A program made the position numbers and the translations under genes. This document shows positions 10,932 through 23,399 of a stretch of 64,000 bases of DNA, piece after piece; within the stretch, counting starts at the first letter, position 1, and each line of letters opens with the position of its first letter. Location: contig NW_013657665.1 of NCBI RefSeq assembly GCF_000142905.1, positions 248,001-312,000 of the forward strand. The letters are read 5' to 3'. The notes beneath the pieces are model-generated. The model did no database searches. It was not told where the DNA came from and saw only the letters and a list, made by a program, of their open reading frames with translations. The stretch is from Thecamonas trahens ATCC 50062 (Eukaryota > Protista > Apusomonadida).

Positions 10932-11756
10932 TTAGGAGCGGCGGCGGAGCTTGCGCTTGCGGATCTCGGCAGCCTTCTCGGCCTTGGTCTTCTTGGCCCG
11001 CTTCTTCTTTTTGGCAGGCGAAGGCGAGTCACTAGCAGGAACATTGGTGCCCGAGGCGTTGTCGTCGGGGTTGGGGATGGCGTCAATGTCCAGCTCCATG
11101 ACCTGCTTGGCCGAGTTGAGGAGGACATCGAGGTTCTCGTCACCGATGGCAGCCTGAGTGGCATAGGCATAGGCCCAGAAGAACAGCCCTTCGGTCTCCT
11201 TGTCCATGAGCCGGCGGGAAGCCGGGAAGCGAAGCAGCGTCTCAGAGAGGAAGATGACGTTCTCGATGGTGGCCGAGAAGGCCTTGAACTGGTTGGTCTT
11301 GCCCTCGTCGTCGAGCTCGAGCGTCTCTGCCGACGCCGACGGATCGACAGAAGCCACAAGGGCCATGTATGCCTCCTTGCCCTCAGTCAACTTGGCCTTG
11401 ATGTGCTCCAGCGGCTTGCCCAGAACCTGCCGCTGCAGCGACCACTTGCCCATGGCCGCGATCTGCTCCAGCGCCTTGGTCTGCATCTCACGGATCTTGG
11501 TAAAGTGCTCCTTGTCTGTACCCCCATCTCCCACGTGAGTCCCCCCCCCCCCCTCCCCCCCCCCTTCCCCCCCTCCCTTCTTTCATTGCCTTCTCCTCTA
11601 CGTACAGCTGGCAGCATCCATGGCGCTGGGGATGGCACCGGTCATGGCGGTGAGGAGCTCGTCAGAGCCAGGGGCAGCCGAGGCACAGGTCAGGGTGGCA
11701 GCCATAGTCATGGCCACAAGGGCCACGACAAGGTATATGCTGGTTGGCTGAGTCAT
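10932..11756 (-). CDS. CCDC134: CCDC134-like ER/secretory protein (two exons, intron 11516-11605)
   Basis: Signal peptide MTQPTSIYLVVALVAMTMAATLTCASA. The spliced product has YKEHFTKIREMQTKAL, AFSATIENVIFLSETLLRFP and a basic tail EIRKRKLRRRS, matching recalled CCDC134 motifs (YKKMF..[25 protein letters not shown], KEIRK). Confidence 0.75.
11516..11605 (-). other. Spliceosomal intron (90 nt, poly-G)
   Basis: GTACGT...ACTCAC...TACAG. The phase-1 join T|AC (Tyr) links the signal-peptide exon to ORF 10932-11534. Confidence 0.8.
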
Positions 11757-12020
11757 GACTGGTGTGTGGGGGGAAGAGTAGAGTGTTGGGGCAGGTGGGG
11801 AGGTGGGGAGTCGGGGGAGGAGGTGGGGAGTCGGGGGAGGAGGTGGAGGGAGAGTGGGTGTTGGTCGTGGGAATCAGTGCGCGGTGGGCGGGGAGTTTGA
11901 TCAGCAGAGCATCTGGCAATGGTCCGGCCAGAAGAGCAGGGCATGGCCATCTCAACTAGAAGCATCAGCGTCAGTGGGTGTGGCGGCTCTAGTTCCCGGC
12001 CCTGGTAGTGAAGCGGCTCC

Positions 12021-13526
12021 CTAGCTCTGGGCTTTGCCAAGTGCACGATCAACGGCGGCGATGCGCTCGTCGAGAGAGTGCCAGGATGACGGGATTTCGC
12101 GGAGAAGGCGGACAATCTGGCGCTGATCGTCCCAAGTCACCTCGTGGTGGAGAGGGAGCGAAAAGGTGAGGCGCGCAAGGAGCGACGAGACCGGATAGTC
12201 GGTCGGTGCAAGATGCGACCGCTCCTGGACGTAGGGAAGGTCTGGGAGCGAGAGCATCGGCGGGCGGGCGGCGACGCCAGCGGCGGCGAGGTCGCCCATG
12301 AGCCGGTCGCGCCAGGCGCCGAGCTTGTCGGCCTTGGCCACGGCAGCGGCGTCGCCGTCCGCCCACGATGCGGCCAGCTTTGCTGGCGCGTCGTCGGCGC
12401 GCGAGCCCCAGAGGGTGACAGGGTAGAAGGTGAGGATGCGATCGTCGCCATCCGGTTCGGCCCCCGGCCCTCCGGCGAGGCGCGGCGGCGGGCGCAGCCA
12501 GGCCGGCCCGTCGACAAGCAGCTCGTCATAGCGGAGGCCGACGTCGCGGCGGGCGCGGAGGAGCTCGCCGATGCGCAACATCTGGGCCGCGCCGAGAGCA
12601 GCCTGCATCTCGGTGATGCGAAAGTTGTAGCCGAGCTCAAACTCGGGGACCATCGGCCCGCCGGCGCCTGTTTGGCGGCGCTGCTCGGCCGACCGGTGAG
12701 CGCCGTGGTCGCGCAACGCGCGCAGCTTGGCCGCCACCTCATCGTCGTCGGTCAGGAGCATGCCGCCTTCACCGGCGGTCACTACCTTGCGTGGATGGAA
12801 CGAAAACGCCTCCAGCGGGCTCCACGCGCCGCACCGCTCGCCACCAGCGATGCCGCCAAACGAGCAGCACCCGTCGCCAATGACCGTCAGATCGCGCTCG
12901 CGGGCAAGGTCAGGGAGCCAGCCGGCGCCGGCGCGGTAGCCAAACATATGGACCGGCATGATCGCCATCTTGCCGGGGTCGGCGCCGCCGGTGACGGCAC
13001 TGTCGAGCGCCGCCACGGTGGCTGCCGGATCGATGGTGTACGCCAGCGGATCGACGTCGGCGAGGACGGGCGTGGCGCCGGCAAGGACGACCGCGTTGTA
13101 GGTGGCCACCCAGGTGTATGCAGGAAGAACCACGGTCCAGCCTGGACCCACGCCCTTCGCCGCCAGCGCCAGCTGCAGCGCGGCTGTTCCGGACGAGGCC
13201 GCCACGGCATGGGTCCTACCGGCAAAGGCGGCGACCGAGGCCTCAAACTCCTTGGTAGCCGGGCCCATGGTGAGCCTTCCCGATGCCACCGTCGACGCTA
13301 CCGCATCTTCTTCTGCTTGAGTCAGCCACGGCTGGGCGTGCTTGATCTGTTTCCGCGCAATGAGCGGCTCGCCGGTCTCGTCCTTCTCTTCGGACGGACT
13401 CGTTCCCGTGGCGCTCACCCCGGCTGCACCCCGGAGCCCTCCACGGGCGAGCATGCTGCCAGTGGCCCACCTGCCTGCCTTGCGCGCAGCACCCGTCCGC
13501 AGCACGCCTGTCACAATACCCAGCAT
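12021..13526 (-). CDS. DegT/DnrJ/EryC1/StrS-family PLP sugar aminotransferase with predicted mitochondrial presequence
   Basis: SSGTAALQLAL, PAYTWVAT, IMPVHMFG, FSFHPRKVVTAGEGGM (PLP Lys), GYNFRITEMQAALG. Arg-rich, acid-free N-terminal ~40 aa. Confidence 0.9.
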   Translation of the reverse strand: MLGIVTGVLRTGAARKAGRWATGSMLARGGLRGAAGVSATGTSPSEEKDETGEPLIARKQIKHAQPWLTQAEEDAVASTVASGRLTMGPATKEFEASVAAFAGRTHAVAASSGTAALQLALAAKGVGPGWTVVLPAYTWVATYNAVVLAGATPVLADVDPLAYTIDPAATVAALDSAVTGGADPGKMAIMPVHMFGYRAGAGWLPDLARERDLTVIGDGCCSFGGIAGGERCGAWSPLEAFSFHPRKVVTAGEGGMLLTDDDEVAAKLRALRDHGAHRSAEQRRQTGAGGPMVPEFELGYNFRITEMQAALGAAQMLRIGELLRARRDVGLRYDELLVDGPAWLRPPPRLAGGPGAEPDGDDRILTFYPVTLWGSRADDAPAKLAASWADGDAAAVAKADKLGAWRDRLMGDLAAAGVAARPPMLSLPDLPYVQERSHLAPTDYPVSSLLARLTFSLPLHHEVTWDDQRQIVRLLREIPSSWHSLDERIAAVDRALGKAQS

Positions 13527-13845
13527 GGTCTACCGGTGTGTTCGAGTGTGGAATAGAGTTGGGTGGTTTGCGTATGTGTGGAGTTTGGGTGGGCTGACGC
13601 GCTCTGTGCCTGGGGTCCATCGGGAAGCGGTCGCGGTCGTAGGTCTGCGGCCGGGGACTGCAGCGGGCGACTCATATGGAATTGCCAGTCTTCCGTAGCT
13701 AGCAGCGGATGTGCCTGGCGTCGCTGGGTTGGGCTCGGCCTAGCGGGAGCAGAGGGAGCAGATCGTGGCCTCGGCTCGGAGCAGTCGGCTCGGGCTGGGA
13801 CAATCCAGTCCGGGCAGACGCACCTTGAAACCACATGGTGTGGGC

Positions 13846-14541
13846 CTACGACTTTGTGATGGTAGTCGAGCGGCGCTTGCGGTTCCGCTGGCTGCGATTG
13901 GAGCGGTTGCGCGAGCGCGAGCTGCTTGCGGCCGACGTGGCCGAGGCGTCGAGGTTGGTGCGGACGCGCGGCGACTCGAGGTGGCGATCGAGCTGGGCAA
14001 AGTTGTCTGTGTTGAGAGACGAGGCGTTGGGGCGCTTGGCGGCCTTGGTCACTGAGCTCGAGCCCGTGCGAAGCTCAAAGCCAGCGCGGAGCGGGATGCA
14101 GGTCTTGGTCGACGACGCCTGGTCGACGACGATCTTGACCGGCACATACTTGGCCCGTGGCTTGAGGACGTCCGAGGCATACTCGAGCGGGTTTGACGGA
14201 TTGAGTCCACGAAGGTTGCCGGCCTCGTCGGCGAGGTCCAGGAAGACTAGGGCGGGGTGGCGGGAAGCCGACCGGTCACGCGGGTTGGACGCCGGCGGGT
14301 CACGGGCGTCAGCGTTGGGCGCAGCCGCGTCTGCAGGAAGGTCAAACGGGTTCTTGATGCGAGGCAAAGTGACCTCATCTCCCATGATAGGCGACGTGAG
14401 AGTAGCTGATGGATCCGAGAACTGGCCAGCGTCCAGCCCCATAGCCTCACACACCGCATCAAGGAGAATGACCGACCGGCAGCGGGTGTTGAGCATTACT
14501 TGCTGGCCCTCGTCCTCGCCAAACACCACGTAGATAAACAT
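13846..14541 (-). CDS. CXorf65/C22orf15-like protein
   Basis: Starts MFIYVVFGEDEGQQVMLNTRCRSVILL; LDLADEAG and EYASDVLKPRAKYVPVKI resemble recalled CXorf65 motifs; basic C-terminal tail. Confidence 0.65.
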   Translation of the reverse strand: MFIYVVFGEDEGQQVMLNTRCRSVILLDAVCEAMGLDAGQFSDPSATLTSPIMGDEVTLPRIKNPFDLPADAAAPNADARDPPASNPRDRSASRHPALVFLDLADEAGNLRGLNPSNPLEYASDVLKPRAKYVPVKIVVDQASSTKTCIPLRAGFELRTGSSSVTKAAKRPNASSLNTDNFAQLDRHLESPRVRTNLDASATSAASSSRSRNRSNRSQRNRKRRSTTITKS

Positions 14542-14917
14542 GGCACAGGACCGGAGGCGCGGGTTCTCTGTGTGTGTTTTGTGTGCGTTGTGTGCGGGTG
14601 GCGCGTGTGTGCGCGTGGACGGTGTAGAGGTGTGGGTATGGGTGTGTGGTGTGGCTGGTGTTGGTGGTGGTGGTGCGGCCGTTGGCGTCACCCGCTTCGT
14701 CTGTGCCAAAAGTACGACCTTTTTTGGGCGCGACAGTCGGTCGTCGAGTGGCGCGGCGAGTGCGACTTGGCACTTGATCGGCTGGACATGTTGGGCTCAC
14801 GGTGGGGGAAGGGCACACAAAGTACCACCCAGCTCTTCCGGTGTCTGCACCCCCGACACGACTGAGGTAACCAGAGGTAGAGGTAAACTTGACTCACGCT
14901 AGTGTCTGTCTAGTGGC

Positions 14918-17838
<2,921 letters not shown>

Positions 17839-18070
17839 CCCTAAGCCCCATGCGGTCGCCCGCGCGCGATATCGCGCGCCTCCAAATGAACAACACAGTC
17901 CATGAACAAGTCTTTTCACTCCTCGCGGCCGCCCGTCACGTACGCCACGTACGCGCCCATCTGCAGCGAGCTCGAGTTGCCATCATAAAGACGGAACGGG
18001 GGAGGCAACGGCGACGGGCGCGAGGCAGAGTAGGGCACCGATCAGATGGGGTGCCGGGTGCTGTAGAGGT

Positions 18071-19981
18071 CTACGGCGCCCCCGTCAGCGCGACTACCTC
18101 GTGAAGCACCAGTCGCAGCTCGCCGACAGCGGGATGCGGCGACGAGGCAACAACCGGTGATGAGCCGACAAGCAGCGCCCACTCCAGAACCCGGTTGCGG
18201 AGCTCCGGCGAGAGGTAGGCTGCCCCGAGCTGGCGGAGCGTGGCCAGCGGTCCCGCACGTAGAGTGGCGGGTGGATCCCAGTGAGTCAGCCACTCGACAA
18301 GCCAAGCAAGAAATTGCTCATGCCCGAGCGCACCCTCGAGCGAGAGCGCGCCGCCGTAAGGCGACCGCCGCAGGACACGGTGTTCAAACTTGGAGAGCAT
18401 GAGGCGGACAACAGTGTCAGCCACAAACGTCTTGAGCGCTGTCCGCCCTGTGATCCAGTCGATCATGAGCTCGGCCGTGCCGCGCGCGGCGCGGAGCATC
18501 AGCCCGTACTCCTCGTCCTCAGTCTCGACCGCGCGCGGCGTTGCTCCCGACTCGGCAAACATGTACGACGTTGGCTGCTGCAGAAACGCCGCGAGCTGTG
18601 GGTCAGCGTAGCCAAACAGGTCGACGTTGTTTGAGTCGAGAAAGAGACACTCGATGGAACCGTGCCGCTTGTGCGCCACCACCGTGATCCAGTGCGAGTG
18701 TGCCCCGAGCACAAAGGCGTGCGCATAGTGCGGCAGGCCTGCAAAGTGCTCCAGCACCGCGTCGAGCGTGTCGAGCTCATCAAGCGACATCGACCCGTTC
18801 GCGATCTCCTGCGGGTTGCTCGCGGGAAGGACTGAGAACAAATGGGCACCGGCCCGGACAAATAGCGGATGATGCGCAAGGAGCCACGCCACATGCGCTC
18901 GCTCCAGAACCCCGGACCGCACATCGCACTCGCGCCACGGAAAAGCCTCGCTGCCGTAGCGGGCAAGGCGTGAGCGGGCCTCGACTACCAGCGCAGCCTC
19001 AAGGTGAGCGTAGAACCACCAGAACGGGGTGCGGGCGTTGAAGAGCGCAAGCGCGTGGTTGCGCGCGCCCACGTCGTTCAGCCGCACCTGACAGAGCGCA
19101 ATGCCGACAAGTGCGTTGTACAGCGCATGGTATCCGCACGGGCCGTCATCCATCTGCTTGAGCACGCCCAAGTGGTACACGCAAGAGTCGATGCCTGCAA
19201 CAGGCGGGCGGTGCATCATCGAAAGCAGCTTCGCACCACCAAGCTGTGGAATGCCCGACTCGCGCTCTGGCCCCATTGCCGCCCCGAGACCAGCGGCTAT
19301 CCGAGCCCGTCGGTCGGGATCGGTATAGTTGAACACATACTCGCCGTGCATAGCAACAGTTCCTGGCACAGTCAGCGCTTCGGGCGTGACGGCCTGCGTT
19401 GGGTCCAGCTCTAGCCCGAGCGCGCCGTGGGCGTCGAGCGCTGGCGCATCACGCACCACTGCAGCAAGAACATGTGCCAACACATCGCGGGCGGCGGTGT
19501 ACGCCTCTCTGCGCACAATCGCGCCTTCAAGAAAGACTTCGTCCGATCCTGCGCCGAGAGGGGTCAACGGCGGCGGGAGCAAGGTCAGGCCGGCTGCCAG
19601 CGGTGGCGCATCGGCAACAGCGGCCACAACCGAGATCGACGACGGGAGCACCGGTGCCGACAAGGAACCAGCGTCCAGAGCCGCCGCCGGCGTCGCCAGC
19701 TCGGCCTCGGGCACACGGCGAGAGGCAGCCCCGGCCCAACCTGTATCCTCCTCCCCTGGAATAGCAACCGAAAGCTGCGGGCGCGACCTGCGTGAGGCAA
19801 CAGTGGCCTTGGTTTTGCTCTTGATCTTGCTCTCGGACTTGTCGAGGAGTACGGCCCGGACGCGAGTACGGGACTGCAACCTGCGATGACGAGACCATGC
19901 GGCCCAGCCGAGCGCCGCAAGGGTGAGGCTTCCAGTGGTGACGAGCACGGCACCCAGAAACTGCTGCGACGTCCGATGCAT
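18071..19981 (-). CDS. Putative membrane-anchored papain-fold (Josephin-like) cysteine protease
   Basis: N-terminal hydrophobic anchor followed by RHRR. KQMDDGPCGYHALYNAL (Gln/Cys), FVLGAHSHWITV (His), CLFLDSNN (Asp). Confidence 0.6.
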   Translation of the reverse strand: MHRTSQQFLGAVLVTTGSLTLAALGWAAWSRHRRLQSRTRVRAVLLDKSESKIKSKTKATVASRRSRPQLSVAIPGEEDTGWAGAASRRVPEAELATPAAALDAGSLSAPVLPSSISVVAAVADAPPLAAGLTLLPPPLTPLGAGSDEVFLEGAIVRREAYTAARDVLAHVLAAVVRDAPALDAHGALGLELDPTQAVTPEALTVPGTVAMHGEYVFNYTDPDRRARIAAGLGAAMGPERESGIPQLGGAKLLSMMHRPPVAGIDSCVYHLGVLKQMDDGPCGYHALYNALVGIALCQVRLNDVGARNHALALFNARTPFWWFYAHLEAALVVEARSRLARYGSEAFPWRECDVRSGVLERAHVAWLLAHHPLFVRAGAHLFSVLPASNPQEIANGSMSLDELDTLDAVLEHFAGLPHYAHAFVLGAHSHWITVVAHKRHGSIECLFLDSNNVDLFGYADPQLAAFLQQPTSYMFAESGATPRAVETEDEEYGLMLRAARGTAELMIDWITGRTALKTFVADTVVRLMLSKFEHRVLRRSPYGGALSLEGALGHEQFLAWLVEWLTHWDPPATLRAGPLATLRQLGAAYLSPELRNRVLEWALLVGSSPVVASSPHPAVGELRLVLHEVVALTGAP

Positions 19982-20251
19982 GGACTGTGGCGCGAAAGTG
20001 TGTGAGTGTGCGTATGTGTGAGTGAAGTGGAACAGGCGACAAGCAAGGTGAGCGACAACCTATGAATGGAAGGTCGTACTGGTCGTCAGGTCGTCAGGTC
20101 GTTCGGTCAAAGAAAAAAAGGTCGTGGTTGGTTCGGTTTCCCCGTCGGCCGGCCAGGGGGGGGGGTCATCACCGCAAAGGCGGAAGAGGACCTGACGGCG
20201 GTGGCTCTGCACGCAACTCTTGAAGATTTGTGGACGCGGCGGTGTGGTGGT

Positions 20252-20632
20252 ATGGCGGACAATGAACAAGTATGGCGCGTGAGGGAGGGGGGAGAGGAAA
20301 TAGGGAGAGAGAGGGTGAGTGTATGGGTGGCGCTGCCAGGCAGAGAGCAGCCGCAGACGGAGAGGAACATACTCTCACCTTGGTCGAGGCTTGCGTGGCG
20401 GATGGAATGATGGTGGGATGGCGATGCGAGACAGCACGAGATCGTGTACCCTCCGGTGAAAGTGCAGCAGAGGGCGAGCGGCGCCATACGGCAGGTTGCC
20501 CAAAGCGGCATGAGCGGATACGATGTCGATCCAGAGACAGGCCGCTCACGGTGGTGCCCACGGACCAAGGGCGGCTCCCACTCACCCGGCGACGATGGCT
20601 GCTGCAAGCGATGCAGGCAGCCCACGGATTGA
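20252..20632 (+). CDS. Predicted 71-aa two-exon microprotein with C-terminal C-H-C-C Zn-binding motif (intron 20270-20434)
   Basis: MADNEQ, then a GTATGG...CTCAC...ACAG G-rich intron, then HEIVYPPVKV...WCPRTKGGSHSPGDDGCCKRCRQPTD*. Confidence 0.5.
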
Positions 20633-20799
20633 CTTGAAAGGATGAGTCGCATCAATACAAATTGCTACACGGCGACGTACTCACCAGTAACACACCGTCG
20701 CGCACGATACCGTCGCTCGCGACAGCACGGCATACAGCGCAACAACGCTTGAGCCTCGGCCAGTGCCATCGGGATCATCCGACGCACCACGCGGACGGC

Positions 20800-22767
20800 T
20801 CATGTAAGAACCACGCTTTGGACACTGGCCTCGCTCTTGCCCTTGTACATTGCCGATTGATCGACCGAATCTTCCATCGCATCGGGTGCAGGCGGGTCGG
20901 TCTTACTCTTCCCCTTGTTCTTCCCCTTGTTCTTGCTCTTGCCCTTGCTCTTGCCCTTGCCCTTGCTCTTTTCCTTGCTCTTCCCCTTGCTCTTCCCCTT
21001 GTTCTTGCCCTTGTTCTTGCCCTTGCCCTTGCCCTTCCCCTTGCTCTTCCCCTTGCTCTTGCTCTTGCTCTTCTTCTTGACCTCAACCCCCTCTCCATTC
21101 TCAGCCGATCTGCCATCCAGCACAGCCGCGGACGCGTTTCTCGACTCTATGTCGGGAAGCGTGCTCAGCTCGGCATCCGAGAACAGACTCACCACCAGCG
21201 GGCTCGGGTCTGGGCTCGAAATTTCGCAGCTCTCCCCCTTGCCATCACCACTTTCGCCGCTGTCGTCGTCGTCCTCGTCAGCAGCCGTCTCCGGCGAGCC
21301 GTCTCCAACCGCGGCTTGCAGCGCCTGGCGAAAGAGCGAGGGTGTTCGCCTTGGCGGTGGATCCTCGACCGGCGGCAGGCCGAATACATGGCAAACCTTG
21401 GGCGGGGCATAGTGCGACGGGAGGGCGATAACAGTGCTGCCTGAGCCGGTCCGCATGATGACCGCGCTCTTCTGATCGCGGACGGCGCGGAGCTTGGTTA
21501 ACAGGCGCTGGACGTGCTCGGCTGACGGTGGGCCAAAGCGCGAATGGTCGCGCCGGATCCGGAGAGCGTGAGTGAGCATCGGGAGCGCGTCTTCGGGCTC
21601 GACCAGCGCAGCCATGTGCTCCAGAATCTGTGCAACCAAAGGATGGTCGGCACCACAGGCACGGACCGCAATCGACTTGGCAGAGGCAAACAGCTGACGC
21701 GCCTCAGCGGCATCATCAAGCGTCTGCATGGCGGCCAAGATCTCGGCCAGAAAGGTGATCGACTTGGCGACCTTGGGGTGGTACTTGCCGAGGCCGCGCT
21801 TGCGGAGGCGGACAACGTCACGCATGAGTACCTCGGCCGCGCCGTGGCGGTCGGTCTCGTGTAGGAGCAGTGCAAGATTGTACATCACCGTCACCGTCTC
21901 TTCGTGCCCGGGCCCGAGTCGCTCTTCACGGATGGCCAGCGCGTCGCGGAGGTATTGCTCGGCCGCCACGGTATCTCCCTCACCGTGTGCCCACAGCGCC
22001 ATGTCACAGTACGAACGTGCGGCTGCCAGCGACGTCCGCCCGTGCCGCTGCGCCCGCAGTTTCATCGCTTGCTCGTACTTGGCCTTGGCGGCTTCGTTGT
22101 CGCCGGCCGCCATCGCCACCGCTGCTTTGGCGGTCAGCTCTGCTGCCGTCTCGTCCTCTGACCCAACCGACTCGTCATCTTGCGACCGCGACGCCCAGCC
22201 GCCACCACCTCGCGCTGGGGACTTGCTCCAACCCCGCCCACCCGGCGACATCGGCGACGTCGGCGAGAGCCGGGCAGCGTGACTGTCACTCGCCACCACG
22301 CCATCTCCGTCGCCGCCACCCGTTGTCCCGCCATCACCATCAGAGACCGACGACACGTCCGACACCGACGAAAGCGACGGCGATGCCGGTGGTGGCGGTG
22401 AGCCAACGTCAGCCTGTGGCGGGCTCGGACGTTGGCGTCCTGCGAGCTTGCGACTGCGAATGGACCCGGTGGCATGGCTCCGGCCCCGGCCCCGGCCACC
22501 ACGACCACTGCCCGCGCTACTCGGCATAGGTTGCAGTGGAGCAAGACGGACCGCAGCAGTAGCACGGCCACGGCCACGGGCATGGCCACGGGCATGGCCA
22601 CGGGCACGGGCACGACTACGGCCGCGCTTCTGTCCGCGGCCCTGGTCACTGGAGACAACACGGAAGGCGCCCACACGGCGGCCATGGGCAGCACGTGGGA
22701 CAGCAGGACGACCAGTCTGCAACCGAGTCAGACGCACATCCCTTTCTCCACGAGACCGCAACGCCAT
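20800..22767 (-). CDS. Kinesin-light-chain-type TPR protein with low-complexity termini
   Basis: Repeats such as EQYLRDALAIREERLGPGHEETVTVMYNLALL, GLGKYHPKVAKSITFLA, CGADHPLVAQILEHMA. First ATG at 22767. Confidence 0.8.
   Translation of the reverse strand: MALRSRGERDVRLTRLQTGRPAVPRAAHGRRVGAFRVVSSDQGRGQKRGRSRARARGHARGHARGRGRATAAVRLAPLQPMPSSAGSGRGGRGRGRSHATGSIRSRKLAGRQRPSPPQADVGSPPPPASPSLSSVSDVSSVSDGDGGTTGGGDGDGVVASDSHAARLSPTSPMSPGGRGWSKSPARGGGGWASRSQDDESVGSEDETAAELTAKAAVAMAAGDNEAAKAKYEQAMKLRAQRHGRTSLAAARSYCDMALWAHGEGDTVAAEQYLRDALAIREERLGPGHEETVTVMYNLALLLHETDRHGAAEVLMRDVVRLRKRGLGKYHPKVAKSITFLAEILAAMQTLDDAAEARQLFASAKSIAVRACGADHPLVAQILEHMAALVEPEDALPMLTHALRIRRDHSRFGPPSAEHVQRLLTKLRAVRDQKSAVIMRTGSGSTVIALPSHYAPPKVCHVFGLPPVEDPPPRRTPSLFRQALQAAVGDGSPETAADEDDDDSGESGDGKGESCEISSPDPSPLVVSLFSDAELSTLPDIESRNASAAVLDGRSAENGEGVEVKKKSKSKSKGKSKGKGKGKGKNKGKNKGKSKGKSKEKSKGKGKSKGKSKNKGKNKGKSKTDPPAPDAMEDSVDQSAMYKGKSEASVQSVVLT
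20905..21077 (-). repeat. Hexamer-based repeat encoding (KG/KS/KN)n
   Basis: CCCTTG/CTCTTG/TTCTTG tandem units on the + strand. Confidence 0.9.
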
Positions 22768-22989
22768 AGCTCGTCGTTTGCTCCCACGCCGAGCTACGTC
22801 TGTAGTTGGGTCTGTTCCCCCCTTCCCCTGAGCAGTAGCCAGCCAGTCAGCCAGCCAGCCTGCCGCCCACGCACAGTTGCCACGCAGCCGCCCACCAACT
22901 GCCCCCTCTGCACCCACACCCACCACCACAATATTTTATGCTCACTCTCCACCATGCACCCTCACGCCAATCCCGTGACCCCCCCCCCC

Positions 22990-23089
22990 NNNNNNNNNNN
23001 NNNNNNNNNNNNNNNNNNNNNNNNNNNNNNNNNNNNNNNNNNNNNNNNNNNNNNNNNNNNNNNNNNNNNNNNNNNNNNNNNNNNNNNNN
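22990..23089. other. Assembly gap (100 N) flanked by poly-C
   Basis: Run of N. Confidence 1.
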
Positions 23090-23399
23090 CCCTCCACAGC
23101 CACGGCAGCCCATCCCCTTCCCCTCCCCTCATGGCGGCCACTCCCATCATCATCCCTGCTCCACCACCAGTCCACCGGCCGGCGACTTGTGTTTCCTCTC
23201 GAATCATTTCGCCTCTTCCCCCTCCCTCCCTCACCACCACCACCACCACCACCTACCACGACCACATCCCCTCCTCGTCACACACACCCCTCCCACCTCC
23301 TTTCAACACAACTTCAAACCTACACGGGTTGGTCCATCTCCGCCCTCCCCACCCCCTCGTACCTCCTCTCCCCCCTCTCCTCCCTGTCGCCCTCCTACA

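Noticed and set aside
10921-10936. Telomere-like GGGTTAAGGGTTAGG
   Set aside because: Only two imperfect units, in a G-rich spacer.
9600-13526. Bacterial contamination explaining RluB and DegT
   Set aside because: They are interleaved with an intron-containing eukaryotic gene, share the local CA-rich leaders and composition, and DegT carries a presequence.
13560-13845. Possible structured ncRNA in GC-rich spacers (also 44650-44860 and 61300-61500)
   Set aside because: No recognisable tRNA, snRNA or snoRNA motifs; an Infernal/Rfam scan would be needed.
17862-17879. 18-bp perfect palindrome GCGCGCGATATCGCGCGC
   Set aside because: Mostly CG dinucleotides, so low information; it may also lie in a frameshifted extension of the upstream CDS.
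22938-23399. N-terminal extension of talin across the gap
   Set aside because: A C-rich leader plus Ns; the real start is probably ATG 23400. The same applies to the ORF-track extensions of the USP, Spinster and CXorf65-like genes.
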